From Gammaproteobacteria bacterium (lineage in GTDB: Bacteria; Pseudomonadota; Gammaproteobacteria; SZUA-229): a stretch of DNA of 64,000 nucleotides. Where the stretch lies: contig JABDRN010000061.1 in NCBI GenBank assembly GCA_013041745.1, positions 2,975 through 66,974 of the forward strand, in the 5' to 3' direction. Position 1 is the first letter of the stretch; every line of letters begins with the position of its first letter. The position numbers and the translations under genes are program-made. The notes beneath the pieces were generated by a model. That model was given only the letters and a program-made list of their open reading frames with translations. It had not been told where the DNA came from and ran no database searches. Shown here piece after piece: positions 9,188-17,565 of the stretch.

Positions 9188-9709
9188 TTATATGCTATCT
9201 GCAAATAAAACAGTATCGATGGTCCATTCGTCTGCACCGGCGTGCAGTACCAGGCATGATGGCCCACCATGGGTACGCACCTTTCCTGACGCTCCAGGAT
9301 TGACTACCCACGGCTTTTCATCCTGATCGATGACTCTGTGATGGGTGTGGCCATAGACGATTATACGGGCTGATGTATGGCTCTCACGGAGTTGTTCATG
9401 AGCAGGATGATTGCCAAAACGGTGGCCGTGCTCGACAACCAGTAGGCCGCCGGGAAGTTCGAGTTCATCGTTCTCTGGCAGAGCGTTTACAACGGCAGAC
9501 TCTTCTGCTTTCCAGAAATCAGAGAAGTCATTGTTGCCGGCGACAGCGACCAGGCTGTCTTTGGGCTTTAGTTGAGATAAGACATGGGCATTGAAGATAT
9601 CACCGGCATGCACGATATGGTCACACTGGTTTACTGTCTCGGCGATCCTGGGGTCGAGAAAGCCATGCGAATCGGAGAGGATGCCTACTTTGACCGAGTT
9701 TTTGCTCAT
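9188..9709 (-). CDS. YfcE/MJ0936-type metallophosphoesterase
   Basis: Motifs ILSDSHG, HAGD, GNND, GH and GHTH occur in the canonical order. Confidence 0.8.
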   Translation of the reverse strand: MSKNSVKVGILSDSHGFLDPRIAETVNQCDHIVHAGDIFNAHVLSQLKPKDSLVAVAGNNDFSDFWKAEESAVVNALPENDELELPGGLLVVEHGHRFGNHPAHEQLRESHTSARIIVYGHTHHRVIDQDEKPWVVNPGASGKVRTHGGPSCLVLHAGADEWTIDTVLFADSI

Positions 9710-9790
9710 GGTTTATGTTCGTTGAAGTAAGGTGCTGGAAGCTATTTCATTGACCGCAGAGGGAACAGATATAAAAGGTATTATATTGCT

Positions 9791-9870
9791 GTCATTGCGC
9801 GCGAAGCGTGGCAATCTCTGGTAACAACGCAGTCGTCTGCACAAGATTGCCACGCTTCGCGCGCAATGAC
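9791..9870. repeat. palindromic intergenic element, copy A (27-nt perfect arms, 26-nt loop)
   Basis: gtcattgcgcgcgaagcgtggcaatct (9791-9817) is the exact reverse complement of agattgccacgcttcgcgcgcaatgac (9844-9870). The left flank tattatattgctgtcattgc recurs at 14839-14857. Confidence 0.85.
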
Positions 9871-9925
9871 GGGAAAAATATTTTTTCTGTGACCTCTGTG
9901 CCTCAGCGTTTATTGCTTTTAAAGT

Positions 9926-10876
9926 CTAGTCGTCTTTGCCTGAGTCCAGGGCAGCCTTGCGGGCTTCTTCCTGTTTTTTCTCGTGTGCTGCGATCTCTGC
10001 CTGTTTTCGGAATTCAAGAACCTCACGGCGTTCTTCGACGCGTTTCTCCCAGGCGCCTTCACGTTCCTTGATGGTCATCTCGCCGAAAAACACCTGTTTC
10101 ATCAGTTTGAAACCAAACTTCATCAGGGCAATGTCATCCTTTTCCAGTGCTGCATACTCATCATCGGTCAGATCGTACATCTTGATAAAGGAATCACTCA
10201 TGACGAAGCGGCGGAAACGGTCGATATCGTAACTCGCCATGAAGAACATCTGTAAACTCATCTCAGAAGGTTTACCGATGGTAGGACCAGTCGATTTCTT
10301 CTTCAGGATGATCTGGTACCATTCGTGGTTCAGGTCGTCATAGATTTCAACGCCCTGTTCTTTACGATATTCACCGATGGTCTGGATGTGGTCTTCATCA
10401 TGGCCTTTACAGTGATCTTCTTTGATGAGCAGGAAGTGACGCTCATCACTTGATTCACTGATCGATTTCATCGACAGCAGGCCAGACGGGTAATAACGGC
10501 AGGCGGTAGGCCGGTCTTCATAAACAGAGCAGCCTTCTTCTTTGACGAACAGGCAGGCACCATCATCATCGGTACGTAACTTCAGGCCTGGTACATTATG
10601 TGAGTCCAGTTCAAATGGTACGGTATGCTCTTTCAGGAACTCGCTGGAGTCCATGCCAAGTGCATTTTTCAAGCGAATGATGTCGTAGGGTGCAAGGGTG
10701 ACGTCTGCGCGTGCGCAGCATCTGTTCCAGCAGGATACACCGCGGTGACAACGGAATTTTAACTCATCATCCAGTTCTAGCCGGGTTGGCATCACAGGGC
10801 TTGAGTGTGGCAGTTCAAACTTAAAAGTGTCATCTTGGCTCATGGTATTACCTGTTTGTTGAATGTGTTCTGTCAT
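9926..10876 (-). CDS. YkgJ-family (CxxCxxCC-type) Cys-cluster protein with a K/E-rich C-terminal tail
   Basis: FRCHRGVSCWNRCC plus CSVYEDRPTACRYYP, typical of the putative Zn/Fe-chelating YkgJ family. An alternative start lies at 10843. Confidence 0.6.
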   Translation of the reverse strand: MTEHIQQTGNTMSQDDTFKFELPHSSPVMPTRLELDDELKFRCHRGVSCWNRCCARADVTLAPYDIIRLKNALGMDSSEFLKEHTVPFELDSHNVPGLKLRTDDDGACLFVKEEGCSVYEDRPTACRYYPSGLLSMKSISESSDERHFLLIKEDHCKGHDEDHIQTIGEYRKEQGVEIYDDLNHEWYQIILKKKSTGPTIGKPSEMSLQMFFMASYDIDRFRRFVMSDSFIKMYDLTDDEYAALEKDDIALMKFGFKLMKQVFFGEMTIKEREGAWEKRVEERREVLEFRKQAEIAAHEKKQEEARKAALDSGKDD

Positions 10877-10937
10877 CTCGAACGTAAGCAGAGATCTTGA
10901 GTGCGGTGAGACAAAGATCCTGCACTATCGTTCAGGA

Positions 10938-10995
10938 TGACATAGTTATTTGTTATAAATTACCGATTAATAACCTATAACAAATAACTATGTCA
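10938..10995. promoter_or_regulatory. 20-nt perfect inverted repeat upstream of the YkgJ-like gene
   Basis: tgacatagttatttgttata (10938-10957) and tataacaaataactatgtca (10976-10995) are exact reverse complements with an 18-nt spacer. Confidence 0.45.
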
Positions 10996-11010
10996 GTTAT
11001 AAATGAAAAA

Positions 11011-11038
11011 AATCCGGGCATCATCAGATGCCCGGATT
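11011..11038 (-). terminator. Rho-independent terminator of aprBA
   Basis: Stem aatccgggcatc/gatgcccggatt. On the minus strand it is followed by a T-run, about 50 nt after the aprA stop. Confidence 0.7.
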
Positions 11039-11089
11039 CCTGTAACTCAACTGTTGAGTAAGTCTTTCCAGGTTGCCCCGGGCTGGGAC

Positions 11090-13075
11090 TTACTTGAACA
11101 GTTTAGACTTGTCAACTAGATCAACGTGTGCACGCTTGAAGCATGTCCACTTCTTAGTTTCTTTGTCATAGATTGAGTTAACGAAGCAGTGCCAGTTTTC
11201 TTCATCGACGAAGTTCTTATCCGTACGATAGTAGAAACCAGGGTAACGAGATTCTTCACGGAACTCGATATGCTTCATGTGAGCTTCAGCTGTCAGGATG
11301 CGGTGGTAGTTTTCCCATGCACGAAGTAATTCGTGAAGGTCTTTCGCACGCATCTTCTCAGCGTCTTCTTTCAGCATGTCCAGCTTCTCACCAGCCACTT
11401 TCATCATTTCTGCGTTAGTGTTGTAGTAAGTAGCTACACCCGCAACGTACTCATCCATGATCTTCTGCAGACGGAACTGCAGCATCTTAGGAGTGATGTA
11501 GTTAGGGTTAACGTCGATCGCTGTAGTGTAGTCTTTGTGCTCGAGGTATGTACGAACAGGACGGTAGATCTCAGCAACCAGATCTTCAACAGAAGTATCA
11601 AGTTCAGGCTGGTAATCAGCGTTGTCCAGAACATACTTAACCATAGATTTAGCAGCAAGACGACCTTCGGCATGTGAACCAGAAGAGAACTTGTGGCCAG
11701 AAGCGCCAACACCGTCACCAGCTGTGAACAGGCCGTTTACAGTGGTCATACCACGGTAGCCCCAGTTCCAGCCTTGTGGCAGGTGATCAGGTACGCCAGC
11801 TTCAGTTTCAGTTGTAGGCGCGCCTACATCATCAGGACCTGAAGTCCAGATGCCGCAACAACCAGAGTGAGAACCCAGCAGGTATGGTTCGGTAGGCATC
11901 AGCTCAGAGTTTTTCTTCTCTGGCTCAACGTTCTCACCAACCCAGATACCACATTGGCCAACACACATGTCAAGGAAATCTTCCCATGCTTCAGCTTCTA
12001 AGTGCTTAACTTCGCGAGGAGACAGAGTTTCGCGCAGGTTGCCCAGTGCAGTTACTGTGTCCATCCAGATAGGTCCGCGACCTTCTTTCATCTCTTTAAG
12101 CATCAGGTGGTTACGCAGACAGGAAGCAGGAACGGCAGCCTGACCATAAGGAGGGTAGTCGTCCAGCATTTCTTTGTTGCGAGTCATGTAAGTTTCGCCG
12201 TATGCGTTAGTAGCCTGTGCTTTAAACAGCAGGAACCATGCGCCAACAGGACCGTAACCGTCTTTGAAACGAGTCGGTACGAAACGATTTTCCATCAGTG
12301 TCAGCTCAGCGCCCGCTTCAGCAGCCATTGAGTAGGTAGAACCTGCGTTCCACACTGGATACCATGCACGACCAGTACCTTCACCAACAGAACGTGGACG
12401 GAAGATGTTCACACAACCACCAGCAGCAAGCAGGATAGCTTTTGCTTTGTAGATTACGATCTTGTCATCACGAGTTGAGAAACCAACGGCACCAGCAATC
12501 TTGCTAGGGTCGTTCTTGTCATTGATAAGTTTAACGATGAAGATACGCTCATCGATACGGTCAACGCCTAAAGCTTTCTTGGCAGCTTCAGCGACGATCC
12601 ATTTGTAAGACTCACCATTGATCATGATCTGCCATTTACCAGAGCGTACAGGCTTACCACCATCTTTCAGTGATGTCATGCCTTTAGAACCGTCGAAACG
12701 CTCGCCGTTCTCGTCTGTTTTCCAGATTGGGAGACCCCATTCTTCGAACAGGTGGACAGACTCATCTACGTGGCGACCAAGGTCGTACGCGAGGTCATCA
12801 CGAGTGATACCCATAAGGTCGTTAGAGACCATACGTGCGTAGTCAGCAGGATCCTGCTCAGGACCAATGTAAGTGTTGATAGCTGAAAGACCTTGAGCAA
12901 CAGCACCAGAACGGTCCATTGCAGCTTTATCAACTAATTTAACAGAAATGTCTTTGCCTGAAGCTTCGATCCAGCGTGGAATTTCGAACGCTGTACCACA
13001 ACAGGCCATACCGCCACCGATAAGAAGAATATCAACTTCTTCTTCGACAACATCAGGATTACCAAATTCGGCCAT
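11090..13075 (-). CDS. aprA: adenylylsulfate (APS) reductase alpha subunit
   Basis: 661 aa with an FAD fold, DILLIGGGMACCGTAFE. Overall length and sequence are characteristic of AprA, and it lies immediately downstream of aprB. Confidence 0.95.
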   Translation of the reverse strand: MAEFGNPDVVEEEVDILLIGGGMACCGTAFEIPRWIEASGKDISVKLVDKAAMDRSGAVAQGLSAINTYIGPEQDPADYARMVSNDLMGITRDDLAYDLGRHVDESVHLFEEWGLPIWKTDENGERFDGSKGMTSLKDGGKPVRSGKWQIMINGESYKWIVAEAAKKALGVDRIDERIFIVKLINDKNDPSKIAGAVGFSTRDDKIVIYKAKAILLAAGGCVNIFRPRSVGEGTGRAWYPVWNAGSTYSMAAEAGAELTLMENRFVPTRFKDGYGPVGAWFLLFKAQATNAYGETYMTRNKEMLDDYPPYGQAAVPASCLRNHLMLKEMKEGRGPIWMDTVTALGNLRETLSPREVKHLEAEAWEDFLDMCVGQCGIWVGENVEPEKKNSELMPTEPYLLGSHSGCCGIWTSGPDDVGAPTTETEAGVPDHLPQGWNWGYRGMTTVNGLFTAGDGVGASGHKFSSGSHAEGRLAAKSMVKYVLDNADYQPELDTSVEDLVAEIYRPVRTYLEHKDYTTAIDVNPNYITPKMLQFRLQKIMDEYVAGVATYYNTNAEMMKVAGEKLDMLKEDAEKMRAKDLHELLRAWENYHRILTAEAHMKHIEFREESRYPGFYYRTDKNFVDEENWHCFVNSIYDKETKKWTCFKRAHVDLVDKSKLFK

Positions 13076-13128
13076 CTTTTTTTCCTCTATTTAAAATCTA
13101 AAATTGTTTAATGATCTTGTTGCAAATA

Positions 13129-13602
13129 TTACTTGCAGATCAGTTCGCTTGGATCACCAGCACGGTAGCCATTCTGTTCCATGTGGTTGAAGAAACCTGG
13201 ATCAGTAATCTTAGCCATATCAGCAGCAGGCTTACCAGCATAAGGATCGATAGAACCTTCAGCAGTAGTACGAATAGGGAATTTGAAACGCTTCATGTTT
13301 CCGTTACGGAACTTGATAGTCCACATGATTGAGTCTGTACCACGCAGAGGCTGTACAGAACCGCCCAAAGGTACAACGTCAGCATAGTGACGAGCTTCAA
13401 TAGCATTTTGAGGACAGATTTTAACGCAAGAATAACATTCCCAGCATTGCTCTGGTTCCTGGTTGTATGACTTCATGGCGTGTCCAGTTTCAGAACCGTC
13501 TTTGTCAAGTTTCATTAGATCGTGTGGGCAGATGTACATGCAAGCTGTACGGTCTTGGCCTTTACATCCATCACACTTTTCAGTACGTACAAAAGTAGGC
13601 AT
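13129..13602 (-). CDS. aprB: adenylylsulfate (APS) reductase beta subunit
   Basis: MPTFVRTEKCDGCKG...CMYICPHDLM...CWECYSCVKICPQNAI. It has two ferredoxin-type clusters plus the AprB C-terminal tail. Confidence 0.95.
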   Translation of the reverse strand: MPTFVRTEKCDGCKGQDRTACMYICPHDLMKLDKDGSETGHAMKSYNQEPEQCWECYSCVKICPQNAIEARHYADVVPLGGSVQPLRGTDSIMWTIKFRNGNMKRFKFPIRTTAEGSIDPYAGKPAADMAKITDPGFFNHMEQNGYRAGDPSELICK

Positions 13603-14162
13603 TATTATTAACTCCTAGAGTTTTAAAGTTTATGCAATTGCAATTGCGATAGTTTTATCGAGAAAGGGGTAAGTGTTACTTCTCTCTCTACTACCTTTTT
13701 TCATCTTTCTGGCTACCATTCGGTAGTCTGTTAGAATCAAAATTTTGTTTCAGCAGCACTAAAAAGCAGCTGCTGAGGTAAATGTCTGGTAAGCACCCAT
13801 TGATAAGATTAATCGTTATCATCAGCCCAAGGCGCTAAACTCGGGCACATATTGTATGCCCAAAGCACCTGTAAAGGCAATTATCCACAACTGAATAGGG
13901 CGCTTAACCGGCGTGCAGGTTAGACCCTTAGGCCTGAAACGCCAAACAATAATACTGAGGTCACGATAAGTTTTTTTTATGATGGATTCGCTTTATTTAT
14001 GTCTAATTGTTTCAATGACTTGGAGTAAGCAGGTGAATATTTTAACTGAGAATCATTATCCTTACGGGAAATGATCTTGTAGCAGCCAAAATAAAGGTAG
14101 AATAAGCATTAATTTAAATACCCCGAATGACCACTCAAACAGAGTAGAAGCAGTTTAATTGT

Positions 14163-14810
14163 ATGTCAGAAACTAACGCCGAGCAGGAAAATGCTCATAT
14201 CAGCCCAACCGAAATCAATCTTCACCAAAAATCACGGTTGCTGGAAATCGCCTTCTCAGATGGCTTTCGATTCAACTTTCCATGTGAATACCTACGCGTG
14301 TTTTCAACAGCCGCTGAGGTCAAAGTCATGGATAAACCGGTTCATGGTAAGCAGATGGTGAATATATCGATGCTTGATCCGCAGGGGTCCTATGCACTGA
14401 AAATCACCTTCGATGACGGCCACGATACGGGTATCTATTCCTGGGGCACCCTGCATGAATTAGGCAAAAACTATGAGAGCAACTGGCAGGGTTACCTGGA
14501 GAACCTGGAAAAGCATGGTCTCAGCCGTGGTGATGCGCGAGTCACAGATAACGAAGGCAAGGTCGTCATCAAACTGCTCTATTTTATCGACCTGGCGAAA
14601 GTTTCCGGCAGGGATGAAGAAGAGGTGGTAGTCCCTGAATCTGTTACCAATGTTGAAACCCTGCTCAACTGGATGAGAAAGCGCGGCGAGCGATGGCAGG
14701 AGCCGTTTTCAGATAATCGTCTGCAGGTCACCGTCAATAAACAGTTTTCTGAACCATATACGCTGATAGAGCATGGTGATGAAGTGGCGTTTGTGCCCAG
14801 GCCAAAATAA
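14163..14810 (+). CDS. DUF971 domain fused to a MoaD/ThiS-like beta-grasp domain (no C-terminal GG)
   Basis: The N-terminal half, LLEIAFSDGFRFNFPCEYLRV...ITFDDGHDTGIYSWGTLHELG, is DUF971. The C-terminal half, IKLLYFIDLAKVSGRDEEEVVVPE...NVETLLNWM...VNKQF...GDEVAFVPRPK, is MoaD-like but ends in PRPK. Confidence 0.6.
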   Translation: MSETNAEQENAHISPTEINLHQKSRLLEIAFSDGFRFNFPCEYLRVFSTAAEVKVMDKPVHGKQMVNISMLDPQGSYALKITFDDGHDTGIYSWGTLHELGKNYESNWQGYLENLEKHGLSRGDARVTDNEGKVVIKLLYFIDLAKVSGRDEEEVVVPESVTNVETLLNWMRKRGERWQEPFSDNRLQVTVNKQFSEPYTLIEHGDEVAFVPRPK

Positions 14811-14849
14811 AAAAGATTGAAACACAGAGAAAATAAGTATTATATTTCT

Positions 14850-14877
14850 GTCATTGCCGCGCTGCGCTCGCAATGAC
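14850..14877. repeat. palindromic intergenic element, copy B (short version of copy A)
   Basis: gtcattgc...gcaatgac arms with a 12-nt loop. The left flank gtattatatttctgtcattgc closely matches copy A. Confidence 0.55.
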
Positions 14878-14955
14878 GATGGATAAAATGCTTGCCTCTG
14901 AGCCATCTGTGTCTCAGTGGTTAGTAATACTTTGTAGTTTTCTTGTATCCTGAAT

Positions 14956-15837
14956 ATGCGTGAAACAGAACTAAAAAAAGAAAATGATTTCTGGAAGGGG
15001 ACATTCAGGGCGATGGCTTGCCCGTGTGATGTCCTCATGGATGTCAACGACAGGTTACAGGCAGAAAAGATAATTCGTGATGTCGCTAATGAAGCCTGGC
15101 GTATCGAAGATAAATTCAGTCGTTATAAGAAAGACAATATTATCTACAGGATAAATAATTCGAATGGTAAATCTGTTGCTATTGATGAAGAAACTGGACG
15201 TTTACTGGAGTTTGCAAATGAGCTGTTCGAAATAAGTGAAGGCCTGTTTGATGTTACCTCTGGTGTGTTGCGGCAGATATGGACGTTTGATGGCAGTGAT
15301 AACCTGCCTGACAAAAAAGATGTAAAAAAAATATTAAAAAAGATCGGTTGGCGAAAGGTCATACTTGATAAGGCTAGCGTTACTTTACCTGAAGGTATGG
15401 AGATCGATCTCGGCGGTATCGGCAAAGAATATGCTGTCGACCGCTGCGTTCAGGTGGCAAGGCAGACAACAGATGAAAGTGTACTGATTAACTTCGGTGG
15501 TGACCTATCTGTAACTACGCCACGTAAAGATAATAAGTTCTGGTCGGTCGGCCGCCTTATCACGGGTTGCGACGAAGCTTATGGTCTGTTCCAGTTATAT
15601 AGCGGTGCTATTGCCACCAGTGGTGATGCACATCGCTACCTATTAAAAGATGGTATTCGTTACAGCCATATTTTAAATCCGGTAACCGGCTGGCCTGTTG
15701 CCGATGCACCGCACACCATAAGCGTAGCCGCACCGACCTGCGTAGAAGCCGGTATGATGTCGACACTTGCCATGTTGCAGGGTGGCAGGGCGGAAGAGTT
15801 CTTGAAGTTGCAGGAAGTTGATTACTGGATTGACTGA
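14956..15837 (+). CDS. apbE: FAD:protein FMN transferase (ApbE family), no signal peptide
   Basis: GGIGKEYAVD, ATSGDAHRY and HILNPVTGWP motifs. The N-terminus MRETELKKENDFWKGTFRAMACPCDV has no hydrophobic signal or lipobox. Confidence 0.85.
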   Translation: MRETELKKENDFWKGTFRAMACPCDVLMDVNDRLQAEKIIRDVANEAWRIEDKFSRYKKDNIIYRINNSNGKSVAIDEETGRLLEFANELFEISEGLFDVTSGVLRQIWTFDGSDNLPDKKDVKKILKKIGWRKVILDKASVTLPEGMEIDLGGIGKEYAVDRCVQVARQTTDESVLINFGGDLSVTTPRKDNKFWSVGRLITGCDEAYGLFQLYSGAIATSGDAHRYLLKDGIRYSHILNPVTGWPVADAPHTISVAAPTCVEAGMMSTLAMLQGGRAEEFLKLQEVDYWID

Positions 15838-15908
15838 AGGCTTGCTGAATCCCGAATACAACGACACCAATTTTCCTTGTTTTACCACCAGTTCACAGGC
15901 ATAAAAAA

Positions 15909-15942
15909 ACGGCGCCACCCATATTGTATCGGGTGGCGCCGT
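15909..15942. terminator. bidirectional Rho-independent terminator between apbE and sat
   Basis: 12-bp GC-rich stem acggcgccaccc/gggtggcgccgt, flanked by A-runs on both sides. Confidence 0.7.
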
Positions 15943-15970
15943 CTCTCATAAAAAAATCAAAAAATGATTT

Positions 15971-17161
15971 TTATTTCAGGCTTGAGTAGTAATCCATCAG
16001 GATCTGCGCGACCTCAGGACGTGAAAACTCCTTAGGTGGGGCGATACCGTTACCTAACATCTCACGAACCTTGGTGCCTGAGAGAAGAACGAAATCTTCT
16101 TTTTCATGATCGGGTGCTTCACACATCATAACAACCTTGTCCAGTTTCTTAGAGTAGGCAGTGTGGTCGGCTCTGAAGATCTCGATGTCGAGGGCATCGG
16201 CTGGCACCTGGTCATCAAATATCGTCTGTGCATCAAACGCACCGTAGTGATCACCGACGCCGGCATGGTCACGACCGATGATGAAGTGAGTTGCGCCCAT
16301 ATTCTGGCGGAAAACGGCGTGTAACACACCTTCACGTGGGCCAGCGTAGAGCATATCGAAACCGTAACCGGTAACCATCGCGCTGTTAGCAGGGAAGTAT
16401 AGCTCAACCATCTTACGGATTGCTGCATCACGAACGGGTGCAGGGATATCGCCTGGTTTAAGCTTGCCTAGCAGCATGTGGATGACAAGGCCGTCACAAC
16501 CTAAGCGCTCCATCGCCATATGACAGAGTTCTTCGTGTGCCAGGTGCATCGGGTTACGAGTCTGGAATGCAACAACTTTTTTCCAGCCGCGCTCTGCGAT
16601 CTCGTTACGGATCTCAACAGCCGTACGGAAGGTATCCGGGAACTCGGTCTGGAAGTAAGAGAAGTTCAGTACCTGGATCGGACCTGACAGACAGACTTTG
16701 CCCTGCTCAACGAAAGCATCAACGCCTGGGTGGTCTTCACCCGCTGCCGGTGCGTAAACTTTTTCGGTGATCAACTTGATATCGTCGTCAGAAAATTCTT
16801 CGACTGCTTCGACATCCATCACTGCGATAACAGGGTGTCCTTCCACATTTGGGTCTTTCAGCGCGATACGGTCACCGGCTTTGATGTTACCGGCATCTTT
16901 TACCAGGTTAAGTACTGGAGTCGGCCAGAACAGGCCTGAAGTGGTTTTCAAATCTGTTGCAACGGACAGTGCATCAGCTTTGTTCATGTAACCAGTCAAC
17001 GGGTTGAAGTAGCCAGCACCCATCATGACCGCGTTTGCAGCTGTAGCCGAACTTACAAGTATAGAAGCCAGGCCTTCAGCTTCTTTTTGTAATGCTTCGT
17101 TTGCAGCAGGATCGTATACGAACAATGGATTTAGTTCGTCTGAACCATGAGGTTTAATCAT
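15971..17161 (-). CDS. sat: sulfate adenylyltransferase (ATP sulfurylase)
   Basis: QTRNPMHLAHEEL and GRDHAGVG motifs in a 396-aa homo-oligomeric-type Sat. Confidence 0.95.
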   Translation of the reverse strand: MIKPHGSDELNPLFVYDPAANEALQKEAEGLASILVSSATAANAVMMGAGYFNPLTGYMNKADALSVATDLKTTSGLFWPTPVLNLVKDAGNIKAGDRIALKDPNVEGHPVIAVMDVEAVEEFSDDDIKLITEKVYAPAAGEDHPGVDAFVEQGKVCLSGPIQVLNFSYFQTEFPDTFRTAVEIRNEIAERGWKKVVAFQTRNPMHLAHEELCHMAMERLGCDGLVIHMLLGKLKPGDIPAPVRDAAIRKMVELYFPANSAMVTGYGFDMLYAGPREGVLHAVFRQNMGATHFIIGRDHAGVGDHYGAFDAQTIFDDQVPADALDIEIFRADHTAYSKKLDKVVMMCEAPDHEKEDFVLLSGTKVREMLGNGIAPPKEFSRPEVAQILMDYYSSLK

Positions 17162-17428
17162 GTATTTTCTCCAGTAGTTATTATCATGCTGACCTCAAGT
17201 AAGCCGTGGTCAGCGCTGTATTAAAAAATCTGTTATTTAGTGGCGTTTCTCGTTAAAAAACTTGAAGAGGATTGTCGCGTTTATGACAACGAATATCAGC
17301 AACCACCAAAATGCGCGCGTATTCTACCTTAAAGTGCAAGGTTTTCGTAGTCGGTCGATAGGGGTAGTTCGCTGGCCGTGATACAGCTCTAGACAGGGTC
17401 TGGCGTATCGTTCGTTGTTTATTATTTG

Positions 17429-17442
17429 TTGATTTATATCAA
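17429..17442. promoter_or_regulatory. perfect FNR/CRP-family box TTGAT-N4-ATCAA
   Basis: ttgatttatatcaa lies in the divergent sat / secreted-repeat-protein intergenic region. It is about 125 nt upstream of the ATG at 17566 and about 270 nt upstream of sat. Confidence 0.4.
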
Positions 17443-17565
17443 TGTGTTAGTAGTGTAATTTTGTAATATTAAGTGTGAGGTCTGTAATATACCGAGAATT
17501 CGCAGTAATATTACCTTGTGGTGAAAACTGCGCTAAATGTGAAGAAATATCCTAAAGGAGGGATA

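Noticed and set aside
9808-10071. 87-aa plus-strand ORF spanning palindromic element A and the 3' end of the YkgJ-like gene.
   Set aside because: It begins inside the perfect inverted repeat and overlaps a better-supported gene on the other strand.
13844-13862. Shared loop sequence catattgtat in the hairpin at 13844-13862 and in the terminator at 15909-15942.
   Set aside because: The match is only 10 nt within otherwise unrelated stems, so it is most likely coincidence.
14709-15047. 112-aa minus-strand ORF between the DUF971-MoaD fusion and apbE.
   Set aside because: It overlaps both flanking plus-strand genes and palindromic element B, and it has no ribosome-binding site or recognisable features.
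17455-17500. TGTAAT repeats upstream of the Sgp-like gene considered as a Pho box.
   Set aside because: The repeat spacing is irregular (about 9-10 nt and then larger) and the half-sites deviate from the local pstS consensus. This is too weak to call.
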